A DNA stretch of 64,000 nt from Eledone cirrhosa (lineage: Eukaryota). The translations under genes were made by a program, and so were the position numbers. A model generated the notes under the pieces. It did not search any database, had not been told where the DNA came from, and saw only the letters and a program-made list of their open reading frames with translations. Positions 1-12,178 of the stretch are shown one piece after another. Location: NCBI GenBank assembly GCA_964016885.1, contig OZ024741.1:259966001-260030000 (forward strand), read 5' to 3'. Position 1 is the first letter of the stretch, and each line of letters opens with the position of its first letter.

Positions 1-224
1 ACTCGTAAGCCAAAACACTCGTAAGTCGAAACACTCGTAAGTCGGAACACTCGTAAGTCAGAACACTCGTAAGTCAGAACACTCGTAAGTGGAAACACGC
101 GTAAGTCGAAAGACCCGTAAGTCAAAAATCTCGTAAATCAAAACACTCGTAAGCCGAAACACTCGTAACTCGAAACACTCGTAAGTCGAAACACTCGTAA
201 GTCGAAACATTCGTAAAGCGAAAC

Positions 225-293
225 GTATAAATAAAGATTAATGTAATGAACTTGAAAAGCATAGATATTTGAAACCGCGTCTATTTGTTATTT
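225..293. other. 69-bp AT-rich non-satellite island, allele A (copy 1 of 14)
   Basis: Sequence gtataaataaagattaatgtaatgaacttgaaaagcatagatatttgaaaccgcgtctatttgttattt. It is preceded by the aberrant monomer attcgtaaagcgaaac and followed by tcgtaagtcg. Confidence 0.95.
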
Positions 294-679
294 TCGTAAG
301 TCGAAACACTCGTAAGTCAGAACACTCGTAAGTCAGAAAACTCTTAAGTCAGAACACTCGTATCGAAACACGTATGTCAAAACACCCGTAAGTCAAAACA
401 CTCGTAAGTCGAAACACTCGTAAGTCGAAACACTCGTAAGCCGAAACAATCGTAAGTCAAAACACTCGTAAGTCGAAACACTCGTAAGCCGAAAATACTC
501 GTAAGTCGGAACACCCGTAAGCCGAAACCCTCGTAGGTCGGAACACTCGTAAGTCAAAACACTCGTAAGTCGAAACACCCGTAAGTCGAAACACTCGTAA
601 GTCGAAACACCCGTAAGTCGAAACATCCGTAAGTCAAAACACTCGTATGTCGATATACTCGTAAGCCGAAACACTCGTA

Positions 680-3600
680 AGTCAGAACACTCGTAAGTCA
701 GAACACTCGTAAGTCGAAACACTCATAAGTCGAAACACTCGTAAGTCGAAACACCCGTAAGTCGAAACACCCGTAAGTCGAAACACTCGTATGTCGAATA
801 ACTCGTAAGCCGAAACACCGTAAGTCAAAACACTCGTAAGTCGAAACACTCGTAAGTCGAAACACCCATAAGCCGAAACATTCGTAAGCCAAAACATTCG
901 TAAGTCGAAACACTCGTAAACCGAAACACTCGTAAGCCAAAACATTCGTAAGTCGAAACACTCGTAAGTCGAAACACCCATAGCCGAAACACTTGTAAGT
1001 CTGAACACACGTAAGTCAGAACACCCGTAAGTCAGAACACTCGTAAGTCAGAACACTCGTAAGTCAGAACACTCGTAAGTCAGAGCACTCGTATCGAAAC
1101 ACTCGTATGTCAAAACACCCGTAAGCCAAAACACTCGTAAGTCGAAACACCCGTAAGTCGGAACACTCGTAAGTCGAAACACTCGTAAGTCGAAACACTC
1201 GTAAGCCGAAACACTCGTAAGCCGAAACACTCGTAAGTCGGAACACTCGTAAGTCGGAACACTCGTAAGTCAGAACACTCGTAAGTCAGAACACTCATAA
1301 GTCAGAACACTCGTAAGTCAGAACACTCGTAAGTCGAAACACTCGTATCGAAACACTCGTATGTCAAAACACCCGTAAGTCAAAACACTCGTAAGTCGAA
1401 ACACTCGTAAGTCGAAACATTCGTAAGTCGAAACATCCGTAAATCAGAACACTCGTAAGTCGAAACACTCGTAAGTCGAAACACTCGTAAGCCGAAACAC
1501 TCGTAAGTCGAAGCACTCGTATCGAAACACTCGTAAGTCGAAACACCCTTAAGTCAAAACACTCGTAAGCCAAAACTCTCGTAAGTCGAAACACTCGTAA
1601 GTCGGAACACTCGTAAGTCAGAACACTCGTAAGTCAGAACACTCGTAAGTGGAAACACGCGTAAGTCGAAACACTCATAAGTCGAAACACTCGTAAGTCG
1701 AAACACCCGTAAGTCGAAACACCCGTAAGTCGAAACACTCGTATGTCGAATAACTCGTAAGCCGAAACACCGTAAGTCAAAACACTCGTAAGTCGAAACA
1801 CTCGTAAGTCGAAACACCCATAAGCCGAAACACTCGTAAGCCAAAACATTCGTAAGTCGAAACACTCGTAAACCGAAACACTCGTAAGCCAAAACATTCG
1901 TAAGTCGAAACACTCGTAAGTCGAAACACCCATAGCCGAAACACTCGTAAGTCTGAACACACGTAAGTCAGAACAGCCGTAAGTCAGAACACTCGTAAGT
2001 CAGAACACTCGTAAGTCAGAACACTCGTAAGTCAGAGCACTCGTATCGAAACACTCGTATGTCAAAACACCCGTAAGTCAAAACACTCGTAAGTCGAAAC
2101 ACTCGTAAGTCGAAACACTCGTATGTCGAAACATCCGTAAATCAGAACACTCGTAAGTCGAAACACTCGTAAGTCGAAACACTCGTAAGCCGAAACACTC
2201 GTAAGTCGAAGCACTCGTATCGAAACACTCGTAAGTCGAAACACCCTTAAGTCAAAACACTCGTAAGCCAAAACACTCGTAAGTCGAAACACTCGTAAGT
2301 CGGAACACTCGTAAGTCAGAACACTCGTAAGTCAGAACACTCGTAAGTGGAAACACGCGTAAGTCGAAAGACCCGTAAGTCAAAAATCTCGTAAGTCAAA
2401 ACACTCGTAAGCCGAAACACTCGTAAGTCGAAACACTCGTAAGTCGAAACACCCGTAAGTCGGAACACTCGTAAGTCAGAATACTCGTAAGTCAAAACAC
2501 TCGTAAACCGGAACACCCGTAAGGCATAACATTCGCATGTCAAAACACTCGTAAGTCGAAACACTCGTAAGCCGAAACACTCGTAAGTCGAAACACTCGT
2601 AAGTCGAAACACTCGTAAGTCGAAACACTCGTAAGTCAGTGCACCCGTAAGTCAGAACACTCGTAGTCAGAATACTCGTAAGTCGAAACACTCGTATGTC
2701 GAAACACCCGTAAGTCGAAACATCCGTAAGTCAAAACACTCGTATGTCGAAACACTCGTAAGCCGAAACACTCATAAGTCGAAACACTCGTAAGCCGAAA
2801 CACCCGTAAGTCAAAACATTCGTAAGTCAAAACACTCGTAAGTCGAAACACCCGTAAGTCAAAACACTCGTATGTCGAAACACTCGTAAGCCGAAACAAC
2901 GTAAGTAAAAACACTCGTAAGTCGAAACACCCATAAGTCGAAACACTCGTAAGCCGAAACACTCGTAAGTCGAAACACTCATAAGCCGAAACACTCGTAA
3001 GTCGGAACACTCGTAAATCAGAACACCCGCAAGTCAGAACACTCGTAAATCAGAACACTCTTAAGTCGAAACTCACGTACGCTGAAACACTCGTAAGTCG
3101 AAACACTCGTAAGTCGAAACATCCTTAAGTCGAAACACTCGTACACCGAAACACTCGTAAGTATAAACATTAGTAAGTCGAAACACTCGTAAGCCGAAAC
3201 ACTCGTAAGTCGAAACACCCGTAAATCGAAACACCCGTAAGTCAAAACACTCGTATGTCGAAACACTCGTAAACCGAAACACTCGTAAGTCGGAACACTC
3301 GTAAGTCAGAACACTCGTAAGTCAGAACACTCGTAAGTCGAAACACTCATAAGTCGAAACACTCGTAAGTCGAAACACCCGTAAGTCGAAACCCCCGTAA
3401 GTCGAAACACTCGTATGTCGAATAACTCGTAAGCTGAAACACCGTAAGTCAAAACACTCGTAAGTCAAAACACTCGTAAGTCGAAACACCCATAAGCCGA
3501 AACACTCGTAAGCCAAAACATTCGTAAGTCGAAACACTCGTAAACCGAAACACTCGTAAGCCAAAACATTCGTAAGTCGAAACACTCGTAAGTCGAAACA

Positions 3601-6600
3601 CCCATAGCCGAAACACTCGTAAGTCGGAACACACGTAAGTCAGAACACCCGTAAGTCAGAACACTCGTAAGTCAGAACACTCGTAAGTCAGAGCACTCGT
3701 ATCGAAACACTCGTATGTCAAAACACCCGTAAGTCAAAACACTCGTAAGTCGAAACACTCGTAAGCCGAAACACCGTAAGCCAAAACACTCGTAAGTCGA
3801 AACACCCGTAAGTCGGAACACTCGTAAGTCGAAACACTCGTAAGTCGAAACACTCGTAAGCCGAAACACTCGTAAGCCGAAACACTCGTAAGTCGGAACA
3901 CTCGTAAGTCGGAACACTCGTAAGTCAGAACACTCGTAAGTCAGAACACTCGTAAGTCAGAACACTCGTAAGTCAGAATACTCGTAAGTCGAAACACCCG
4001 TAAGTCGAAACACCCGTAAGTCGAAACACTCGTATGTCGAATAACTCGTAAGCCGAAACACCGTAAGTCAAAACACTCGTAAGTCGAAACACTCGTAAGT
4101 CGAAACACCCATAAGCCGAAACACTCGTAAGCCAAAACATTCGTAAGTCGAAACACTCGTAAACCGAAACACTCGTAAGCCAAAACATTCGTAAGTCGAA
4201 ACACTCGTAAGTCGAAACACCCATAGCCGAAACACTTGTAAGTCTGAACACACGTAAGTCAGAACACCCGTAAGTCAGAACACTCGTAAGTCAGAACACT
4301 CGTAAGTCAGAACACTCGTAAGTCAGAGCACTCGTATCGAAACACTCGTATGTCAAAACACCCGTAAGTCAAAACACTCGTAAGTCGAAACACTCGTAAG
4401 CCGAAACACCGTAAGCCAAAACACTCGTAAGTCGAAACACCCGTAAGTCGGAACACTCGTAAGTCGAAACACTCGTAAGTCGAAACACTCGTAAGCCGAA
4501 ACACTCGTAAGCCGAAACACTCGTAAGTCGGAACACTCGTAAGTCGGAACACTCGTAAGTCAGAACACTCGTAAGTCAGAACACTCGTAAGTCAGAACAC
4601 TCGTAAGTCAGAACACTCGTAAGTCGAAACACTCGTATCGAAACACTCGTATGTCAAAACACCAGTAAGTCGAAACACTCGTATCGAAACACTCGTATGT
4701 CAAAACACCAGTAAGTCGAAACACCCGTATGTCGAAACACTCGTAAGCCGAAACACTCGTAAGTCGAAACACTCGTAGTCGAAACACTCGTAAGTCGAAA
4801 CACCCGTAAGTCGAAACACTCGTAAGTCGAAACACTCGTAAGCCGAAACACTCGTAAGTCGAAACACTCATAAGCCGAAACACTCGTAAGTCGAAACACT
4901 CGTAAGTCAGAACACTCGTAGTCAGAACACTCGTAAGTCAAACCACTCGTAAGCCGAAACACTCGTAAGTCGAAACACTCGTAAGTCGAAACACTCGTAA
5001 GTCGAAAAACTCGTAAGCCGGAACACTCGTAAGTCAGAACACTCGTAAGTCAGAACACTCGTAAGTCGAAACACTCGTAAGCCGAAACACCCGTAAGTCG
5101 AAACATTCGTAAGTCGAAACACCCGTAAGTCGAAACACTCGTAAGTCGAAACACTCGTAAGTCGAAACACCGTAAGTCAAAACACTCGTATGTCGAAACA
5201 TCCGTAAATCAGAACACTCCTAAGTCAAAACACTCGTAAGTCGAAACACTCGTAAGTCAAAAATACTCGTAAGTCGAAACACCCTTAAGTAAAAACACTC
5301 GTAAGTCGAAACACTCGTAAGCCGAAACACCCGTCAGTTAAAACACCCGTAAGTCGAAACACTCGTAAGTCAAAACTCTCGTACGCCGAAACACTCGTAA
5401 GTAAAAACATTAGTAAGTCGAAACACTCGTAAGCCGAAACACTCATAAGTCGAAACACTCGTAAGCCGAAACACCCGTAAGTCAAAACATTCGTAAGTCA
5501 AAACACTCGTAAGTCGAAACACCCGTAAGTCGAAACACTCGTATGTCGAAACACTCGTAAGCCGAAACACCGTAAGTAAAAACACTCGTAAGTCGAAACA
5601 CCCACAAGTCGAAACACTCGTAAGCCGAAACACTCGTAAGTCGAAACACTCATAAGCCGAAACACTCGTAAGTCGGAACACTCGTAAATCAGAACACCCG
5701 CAAGTCAGAACACTCGTATCGAAACACTCGTATGTCAAAACACCCGTAAGTCAAAACACTCGTAAGTCGAAACACTCGTAAGCCGAAACACCGTAAGTAA
5801 AAAAACTCGTAAGTCGAAATACTCGTAAGTCGAAACACTCGTAAGCCGAAACAATCGTAATTCAAAACACTCGTAAGTCGAAACACTCGTAAGCCGAAAC
5901 AATCGTAAGTCGAAACACTCGTAAGCCGAAAATACTCGTAAGTCGGAACACCCGTAAGCCGAAACACTCGTATGTCGAAACACTCGTAAGCCGAAACAAC
6001 ATAAGTAAAAACACTCGTAAGTCGAAACACCCATAAGTCGAAACACTCGTAAGCCGAAACACTCGTAAGTCGAAACACTCATAAGCCGAAACACTCGTAA
6101 GTCGGAACACTCGTAAATCAGAACACCCGCAAGTCAGAACACTCGTAAATCAGAACACTCTTAAGTCGAAACTCACGTACGCCGAAACACTCGTAAGTCG
6201 AAACACTCGTAAGTCGAAACATCCTTAAGTCGAAACACTCGTACACCGAAACACTCGTAAGTATAAACATTAGTAAGTCGAAACACTCGTATGTCGAAAC
6301 ACTCGTAAACCGAAACACTCGTAAGTCGGAACACTCGTAAGTCAGAACACTCGTAAGTCAGAACACTCGTAATTCGAAACACTCATAAGTCGAAACACTC
6401 GTAAGTCGAAACACCCGTAAGTCGAAACACCCGTAAGTCGAAACACTCGTATGTCGAATAACTCGTAAGCCGAAACACTGTAAGTCAAAACACTCGTAAG
6501 TCGAAACACTCGTAAGTCGAAACACCCATAAGCCGAAACATTCGTAAGCCAAAACATTCGTAAGTCGAAACACTCGTAAACCGAAACACTCGTAAGCCAA

Positions 6601-9290
6601 AACATTCGTAAGTCGAAACACTCGTAAGTCGAAACACCCATAGCCGAAACACTTGTAAGTCTGAACACACGTAAGTCAGAACACCCGTAAGTCAGAACAC
6701 TCGTAAGTCAGAACACTCGTAAGTCAGAGCACTCGTATCGAAACACTCGTATGTCAAAACACCCGTAAGTCAAAACACTCGTAAGTCGAAACACTCGTAA
6801 GCCGAAACACCGTAAGCCAAAACACTCGTAAGTCGAAACATCCGTAAGTCGGAACACTCGTAAGTCGAAACACTCGTAAGTCGAAACACTCGTAAGCCGA
6901 AACACTCGTAAGCCGAAACACTCGTAAGTCGGAACACTCGTAAGTCGGAACACTCGTAAGTCAGAACACTCGTAAGTCAGAACACTCGTAAGTCAGAACA
7001 CTCGTAAGTCAGAACACTCGTAAGTCGAAACACTCGTATCGAAACACTCGTATGTCAAAACACCCGTAAGTCAAAACACTCGTAAGTCGAAACACTCGTA
7101 AGTCGAAACATTCGTATGTCGAAACATCCGTAAATCAGAACACTCGTAAGTCGAAACACTCGTAAGTCGAAACACTCGTAAGCCGAAACACTCGTAAGTC
7201 GAAGCACTCGTATCGAAACACTCGTAAGTCGAAACACCCTTAAGTCAAAACACTCGTAAGCCAAAACACTCGTAAGTCGAAACACTCGTAAGTCGGAACA
7301 CTCGTAAGTCAGAACACTCGTAAGTCAGAACACTCGTAAGTGGAAACACGCGTAAGTCGAAACACTCATAAGTCGAAACACTCGTAAGTCGAAACACCCG
7401 TAAGTCGAAACACCCGTAAGTCGAAACACTCGTATGTCGAATAACTCGTAAGCCGAAACACCGTAAGTCAAAACACTCGTAAGTCGAAACACTCGTAAGT
7501 CGAAACACCCATAAGCCGAAACACTCGTAAGCCAAAACATTCGTAAGTCGAAACACTCGTAAACCGAAACACTCGTAAGCCAAAACATTCGTAAGTCGAA
7601 ACACTCGTAAGTCGAAACACCCATAGCCGAAACACTCGTAAGTCTGAACACACGTAAGTCAGAACAGCCGTAAGTCAGAACACTCGTAAGTCAGAACACT
7701 CTTAAGTCAGAACACTCGTAAGTCAGAGCACTCGTATCGAAACACTCGTATGTCAAAACACCCGTAAGTCAAAACACTCGTAAGTCGAAACACTCGTAAG
7801 TCGAAACACTCGTATGTCGAAACATCCGTAAATCAGAACACTCGTAAGTCGAAACACTCGTAAGTCGAAACACTCGTAAGCCGAAACACTCGTAAGTCGA
7901 AGCACTCGTATCGAAACACTCGTAAGTCGAAACACCCTTAAGTCAAAACACTCGTAAGCCAAAACACTCGTAAGTCGAAACACTCGTAAGTCGGAACACT
8001 CGTAAGTCAGAACACTCGTAAGTCAGAACACTCGTAAGTGGAAACACGCGTAAGTCGAAAGACCCGTAAGTCAAAAATCTCGTAAGTCAAAACACTCGTA
8101 AGCCGAAACACTCGTAAGTCGAAACACTCGTAAGTCGAAACACCCGTAAGTCGGAACACTCGTAAGTCAGAATACTCGTAAGTCAAAACACTCGTAAACC
8201 GGAACACCCGTAAGGCAAAACATTCGCATGTCAAAACACTCGTAAGTCGAAACACTCGTAAGCCGAAACACTCGTAAGTCGAAACACTCGTAAGTCGAAA
8301 CACTCGTAAGTCGAAACACTCGTAAGTCAGTGCACCCGTAAGTCAGAACACTCGTAGTCAGAATACTCGTAAGTCGAAACACTCGTATGTCGAAACACCC
8401 GTAAGTCGAAACATCCGTAAGTCAAAACACTCGTATGTCGAAACACTCGTAAGCCGAAACACTCATAAGTCGAAACACTCGTAAGCCGAAACACCCGTAA
8501 GTCAAAACATTCGTAAGTCAAAACACTCGTAAGTCGAAACACCCGTAAGTCAAAACACTCGTATGTCGAAACACTCGTAAGCCGAAACAACGTAAGTAAA
8601 AACACTCGTAAGTCGAAACACCCATAAGTCGAAACACTCGTAAGCCGAAACACTCGTAAGTCGAAACACTCATAAGCCGAAACACTCGTAAGTCGGAACA
8701 CTCGTAAATCAGAACACCCGCAAGTCAGAACACTCGTAAATCAGAACACTCTTAAGTCGAAACTCACGTACGCTGAAACACTCGTAAGTCGAAACACTCG
8801 TAAGTCGAAACATCCTTAAGTCGAAACACTCGTACACCGAAACACTCGTAAGTATAAACATTAGTAAGTCGAAACACTCGTAAGCCGAAACACTCGTAAG
8901 TCGAAACACCCGTAAATCGAAACACCCGTAAGTCAAAATACTCGTATGTCGAAACACTCGTAAACCGAAACACTCGTAAGTCGGAACACTCGTAAGTCAG
9001 AACACTCGTAAGTCAGAACACTCGTAAGTCGAAACACTCATAAGTCGAAACACTCGTAAGTCGAAACACCCGTAAGTCGAAACCCCCGTAAGTCGAAACA
9101 CTCGTATGTCGAATAACTCGTAAGCCGAAACACCGTAAGTCAAAACACTCGTAAGTCGAAACACCCATAAGCCGAAACACTCGTAAGCCAAAACATTCGT
9201 AAGTCGAAACACTCGTAAACCGAAACACTCGTAAGCCAAAACATTCGTAAGTCGAAACACTCGTAAGTCGAAACACCCATAGCCGAAACA
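680..9290 (+). repeat. Domain of ~5.7-kb higher-order repeat (about 1.5 units)
   Basis: The rare marker monomer agtcagtgcacccg (GTGCAC at 2639) recurs 5691 bp later. Identical or near-identical ORF-track peptides recur at +5691 (1554/7245, 2316/8007, 2636/8327). Boundaries are approximate. Confidence 0.85.
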
Positions 9291-10035
9291 CTCGTAAGTC
9301 AGAACACTCGTAAGTCAGAACACTCGTAAGTTAGAACACTCGTAAGTCAGAACACTCGTAAGTCAGAACACTCGTAAGTCGAAACACTCGTATCGAAACA
9401 CTCGTATGTCAAAACACCCGTAAGTCAAAACACTCGTAAGTCGAAACACTCGTAAGTCGAAACACTCATAAGCCGAAACACTCGTAAGCCGAAACACTCG
9501 TAAGTCGGAACACTAGTAAGTCGGAACACTCGTAAGTCAGAACACTCGTAGGTCAGAACACTCGTAAGTCACAACACTCGTAAGTCAGAACACTCGTAAG
9601 TCGAAACACTCGTATCGAAACACTCGTATGTCAAAACACCCGTAAGTCAAAACACTCGTAAGTCGAAACACTCGTAAGTCGAAACACTCGTATGTCGAAA
9701 CATCCGTAAATCAGAACACTCGTAAGTCGAAACACTCGTAAGTCGAAACACTCGTAAGCCGAAACACTCGTAAGTCGAAGCACTCGTATCGAAACACTCG
9801 TAAGTCGAAACACCCTTAAGTCAAAACACTCGTAAGCCAAAACACTCGTAAGTCGAAACACTCGTAAGTCGGAACACTCGTAAGTCAGAACACTCGTAAG
9901 TCAGAACACTCGTAAGTGGAAACACGCGTAAGTCGAAAGACCCGTAAGTCAAAAATTTCGTAAGTCAAAACACTCGTAAGCCGAAACACTCGTAAGTCGA
10001 AACACTCGTAAGTCGAAACATTCGTAAAGCGAAAC

Positions 10036-10104
10036 GTATAAATAAAGATTAATGTAATGAACTTGAAAAGCATAGATATTTGAAACCGCGTCTATTTGTT
10101 ATTT
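10036..10104. other. AT-rich island, allele A (copy 2)
   Basis: Same 69-bp sequence as 225-293 (gaacttg, agatatt). Confidence 0.95.
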
Positions 10105-11232
10105 TCGTAAGTCGAAACACTCGTAAGTCAGAACACTCGTAAGTCAGAACACTCTTAAGTCAGAACACTCGTATCGAAACACGTATGTCAAAACACCCGT
10201 AAGTCAAAACACTCGTAAGTCGAAACACTCGTAAGTCGAAACACTCGTAAGCCGAAACAATCGTAAGTCAAAACACTCGTAAGTCGAAACACTCGTAAGC
10301 CGAAAATACTCGTAAGTCGGAACACCCGTAAGCCGAAACCCTCGTAGGTCGGAACACTCGTAAGTCGAAACACTCGTAAGTCGAAACACCCGTAAGTCGA
10401 AACACTCGTAAGTCGAAACACCCGTAAGTCGAAACATCCGTAAGTCAAAACACTCGTATGTCGAAACACTCGTAAGCCGAAACACTCGTAAGTCGGAACA
10501 CTCGCAAGTCAGAACACTCGTAAGTCAGAACACTCGTAAGTCGAAACACTCGTAAGTCGAAACACCCGTAAGTCGAAACGCCCGTAAGTCAAAACACTCG
10601 TATGTCGAAACACTCGCAAGCCGAAAAACCGTAAGTCAAAACACTCGTAAGTCGAAACACTCGTAAATCGAAACACTCGTAAGCCGAAACACTCGTAAGC
10701 GAAAACATTCGTTAGTCGAAACACTCGTAGCCCGAAACACTCGTAAGTCGAAACACTCGAAAGCCGAAACACTCGTAAGTCGAAACACTCATAAGCCGAA
10801 ACACTCGTAAGTCGGAACACTCGTAAGTCAGAACACCCGTAAATCAGAACACTCGTAGTCAGAACACTCGTAAGTCGAAACACTCGTAAGCCGAAACACT
10901 CGCAAGTCGAAGCACTCGTAATCCGAAACACTCTTAAGTCGAAACACTCGTAAGTCGGAACACTCGTAAGTCAGAACACTCGTAAGTCAGAACACTCGTA
11001 AGTCGAAACACTCGTAAGCCGAAACATCCGTAAGTCAAAACATCCGTAAGTCAAAACATTCGTAAGTCGAAACACCCGTAGTCGAAACACTCGCAAGTCG
11101 AAACACTCGTAAGTCGAAACACGCGTAAGTCGAAACACATGTAAGTCAAAACACTCGTAAGTCAAAACACTCGTAAGCCGAAACACTCGTAAGTCGAAAC
11201 ACTCGTAAGTCGAAACACTCGTAAAGCGAAAC

Positions 11233-11301
11233 GTATAAATAAATATTAATGTAATGAATTTGAAAAGCATAGAGATTTGAAACCGCGTCTATTTGTTATT
11301 T
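11233..11301. other. AT-rich island, allele B, sub-variant B1 (copy 3)
   Basis: Carries gaatttg and agagatt (B) plus aataaatatt (G>T). Confidence 0.95.
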
Positions 11302-12109
11302 TCGTAAGTCGAAACACTCGTAAGCCGAAACACTCGTGAGCCGAAACACTCGTAAGTCGGAACACTCGTAAGTCAGAACACTCGTAAGTCAGAACACTCG
11401 TAAGTTAGAACACTCGTAAGTCAGAACACTCGTAAGTCAGAACACTCGTAAGTCGAAACACTCGTATCGAAACACTCGTATGTCAAAACACCCGTAAGTC
11501 AAAACACTCGTAAGTCGAAACACTCGTAAGTCGAAACACTCGTAAGCCGAAACACTCGTAAGCCGAAACACTCGTAAGTCGGAACACTCGTAAGTCGGAA
11601 CACTCGTAAGACAGAACACTCGTAAGTCAGAACACTCGTAAGTCAGAACACTCGTAAGTCAGAACACTCGTAAGTCGAAACACTCGTATCGAAACACTCG
11701 TATGTCAAAACACCCGTAAGTCAAAACACTCGTAAGTCGAAACACTCGTAAGTCGAAACACTCGTATGTCGAAACATCCGTAAATCAGAACACTCGTAAG
11801 TCGAAACACTCGTAAGTCGAAACACTCGTAAGCCGAAACACTCGTAAGTCGAAGCACTCGTATCGAAACACTCGTAAGTCGAAACACCCTTAAGTCAAAA
11901 CACTCGTAAGCCAAAACACTCGTAAGTCGAAACACTCGTAAGTCGGAACACTCGTAAGTCAGAACACTCGTAAGTCAGAACACTCGTAAGTGGAAACACG
12001 CGTAAGTCGAAAGACCCGTAAGTCAAAAATCTCGTAAGTCAAAACACTCGTAAGCCGAAACACTCGTAAGTCGAAACACTCGTAAGTCGAAACATTCGTA
12101 AAGCGAAAC

Positions 12110-12178
12110 GTATAAATAAAGATTAATGTAATGAACTTGAAAAGCATAGATATTTGAAACCGCGTCTATTTGTTATTT
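12110..12178. other. AT-rich island, allele A (copy 4)
   Basis: Carries gaacttg and agatatt. Confidence 0.95.

Noticed and set aside
261-284. Hairpin or terminator, or small RNA, in the island (ATAGA...TCTAT followed by a T-rich tract)
   Set aside because: The stem is only 5 bp and AT-rich with a 14-nt loop, too weak to call. There are no tRNA or snRNA hallmarks.
219-298. Island as an intact MITE with TIRs and a target-site duplication
   Set aside because: The inverted matches are only 5-6 bp and interrupted, and the flanking CGTA is part of the monomer itself. All copies share one junction, so there is no sign of independent transposition.
9885-10073. MLFKFITLIFIYTFRF... ORFs resembling a signal peptide (11 copies)
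   Set aside because: The hydrophobic N-terminus is just ~13 codons of AT-rich island. The remainder is satellite with variable stop positions, and three island copies give no ORF of listed length.
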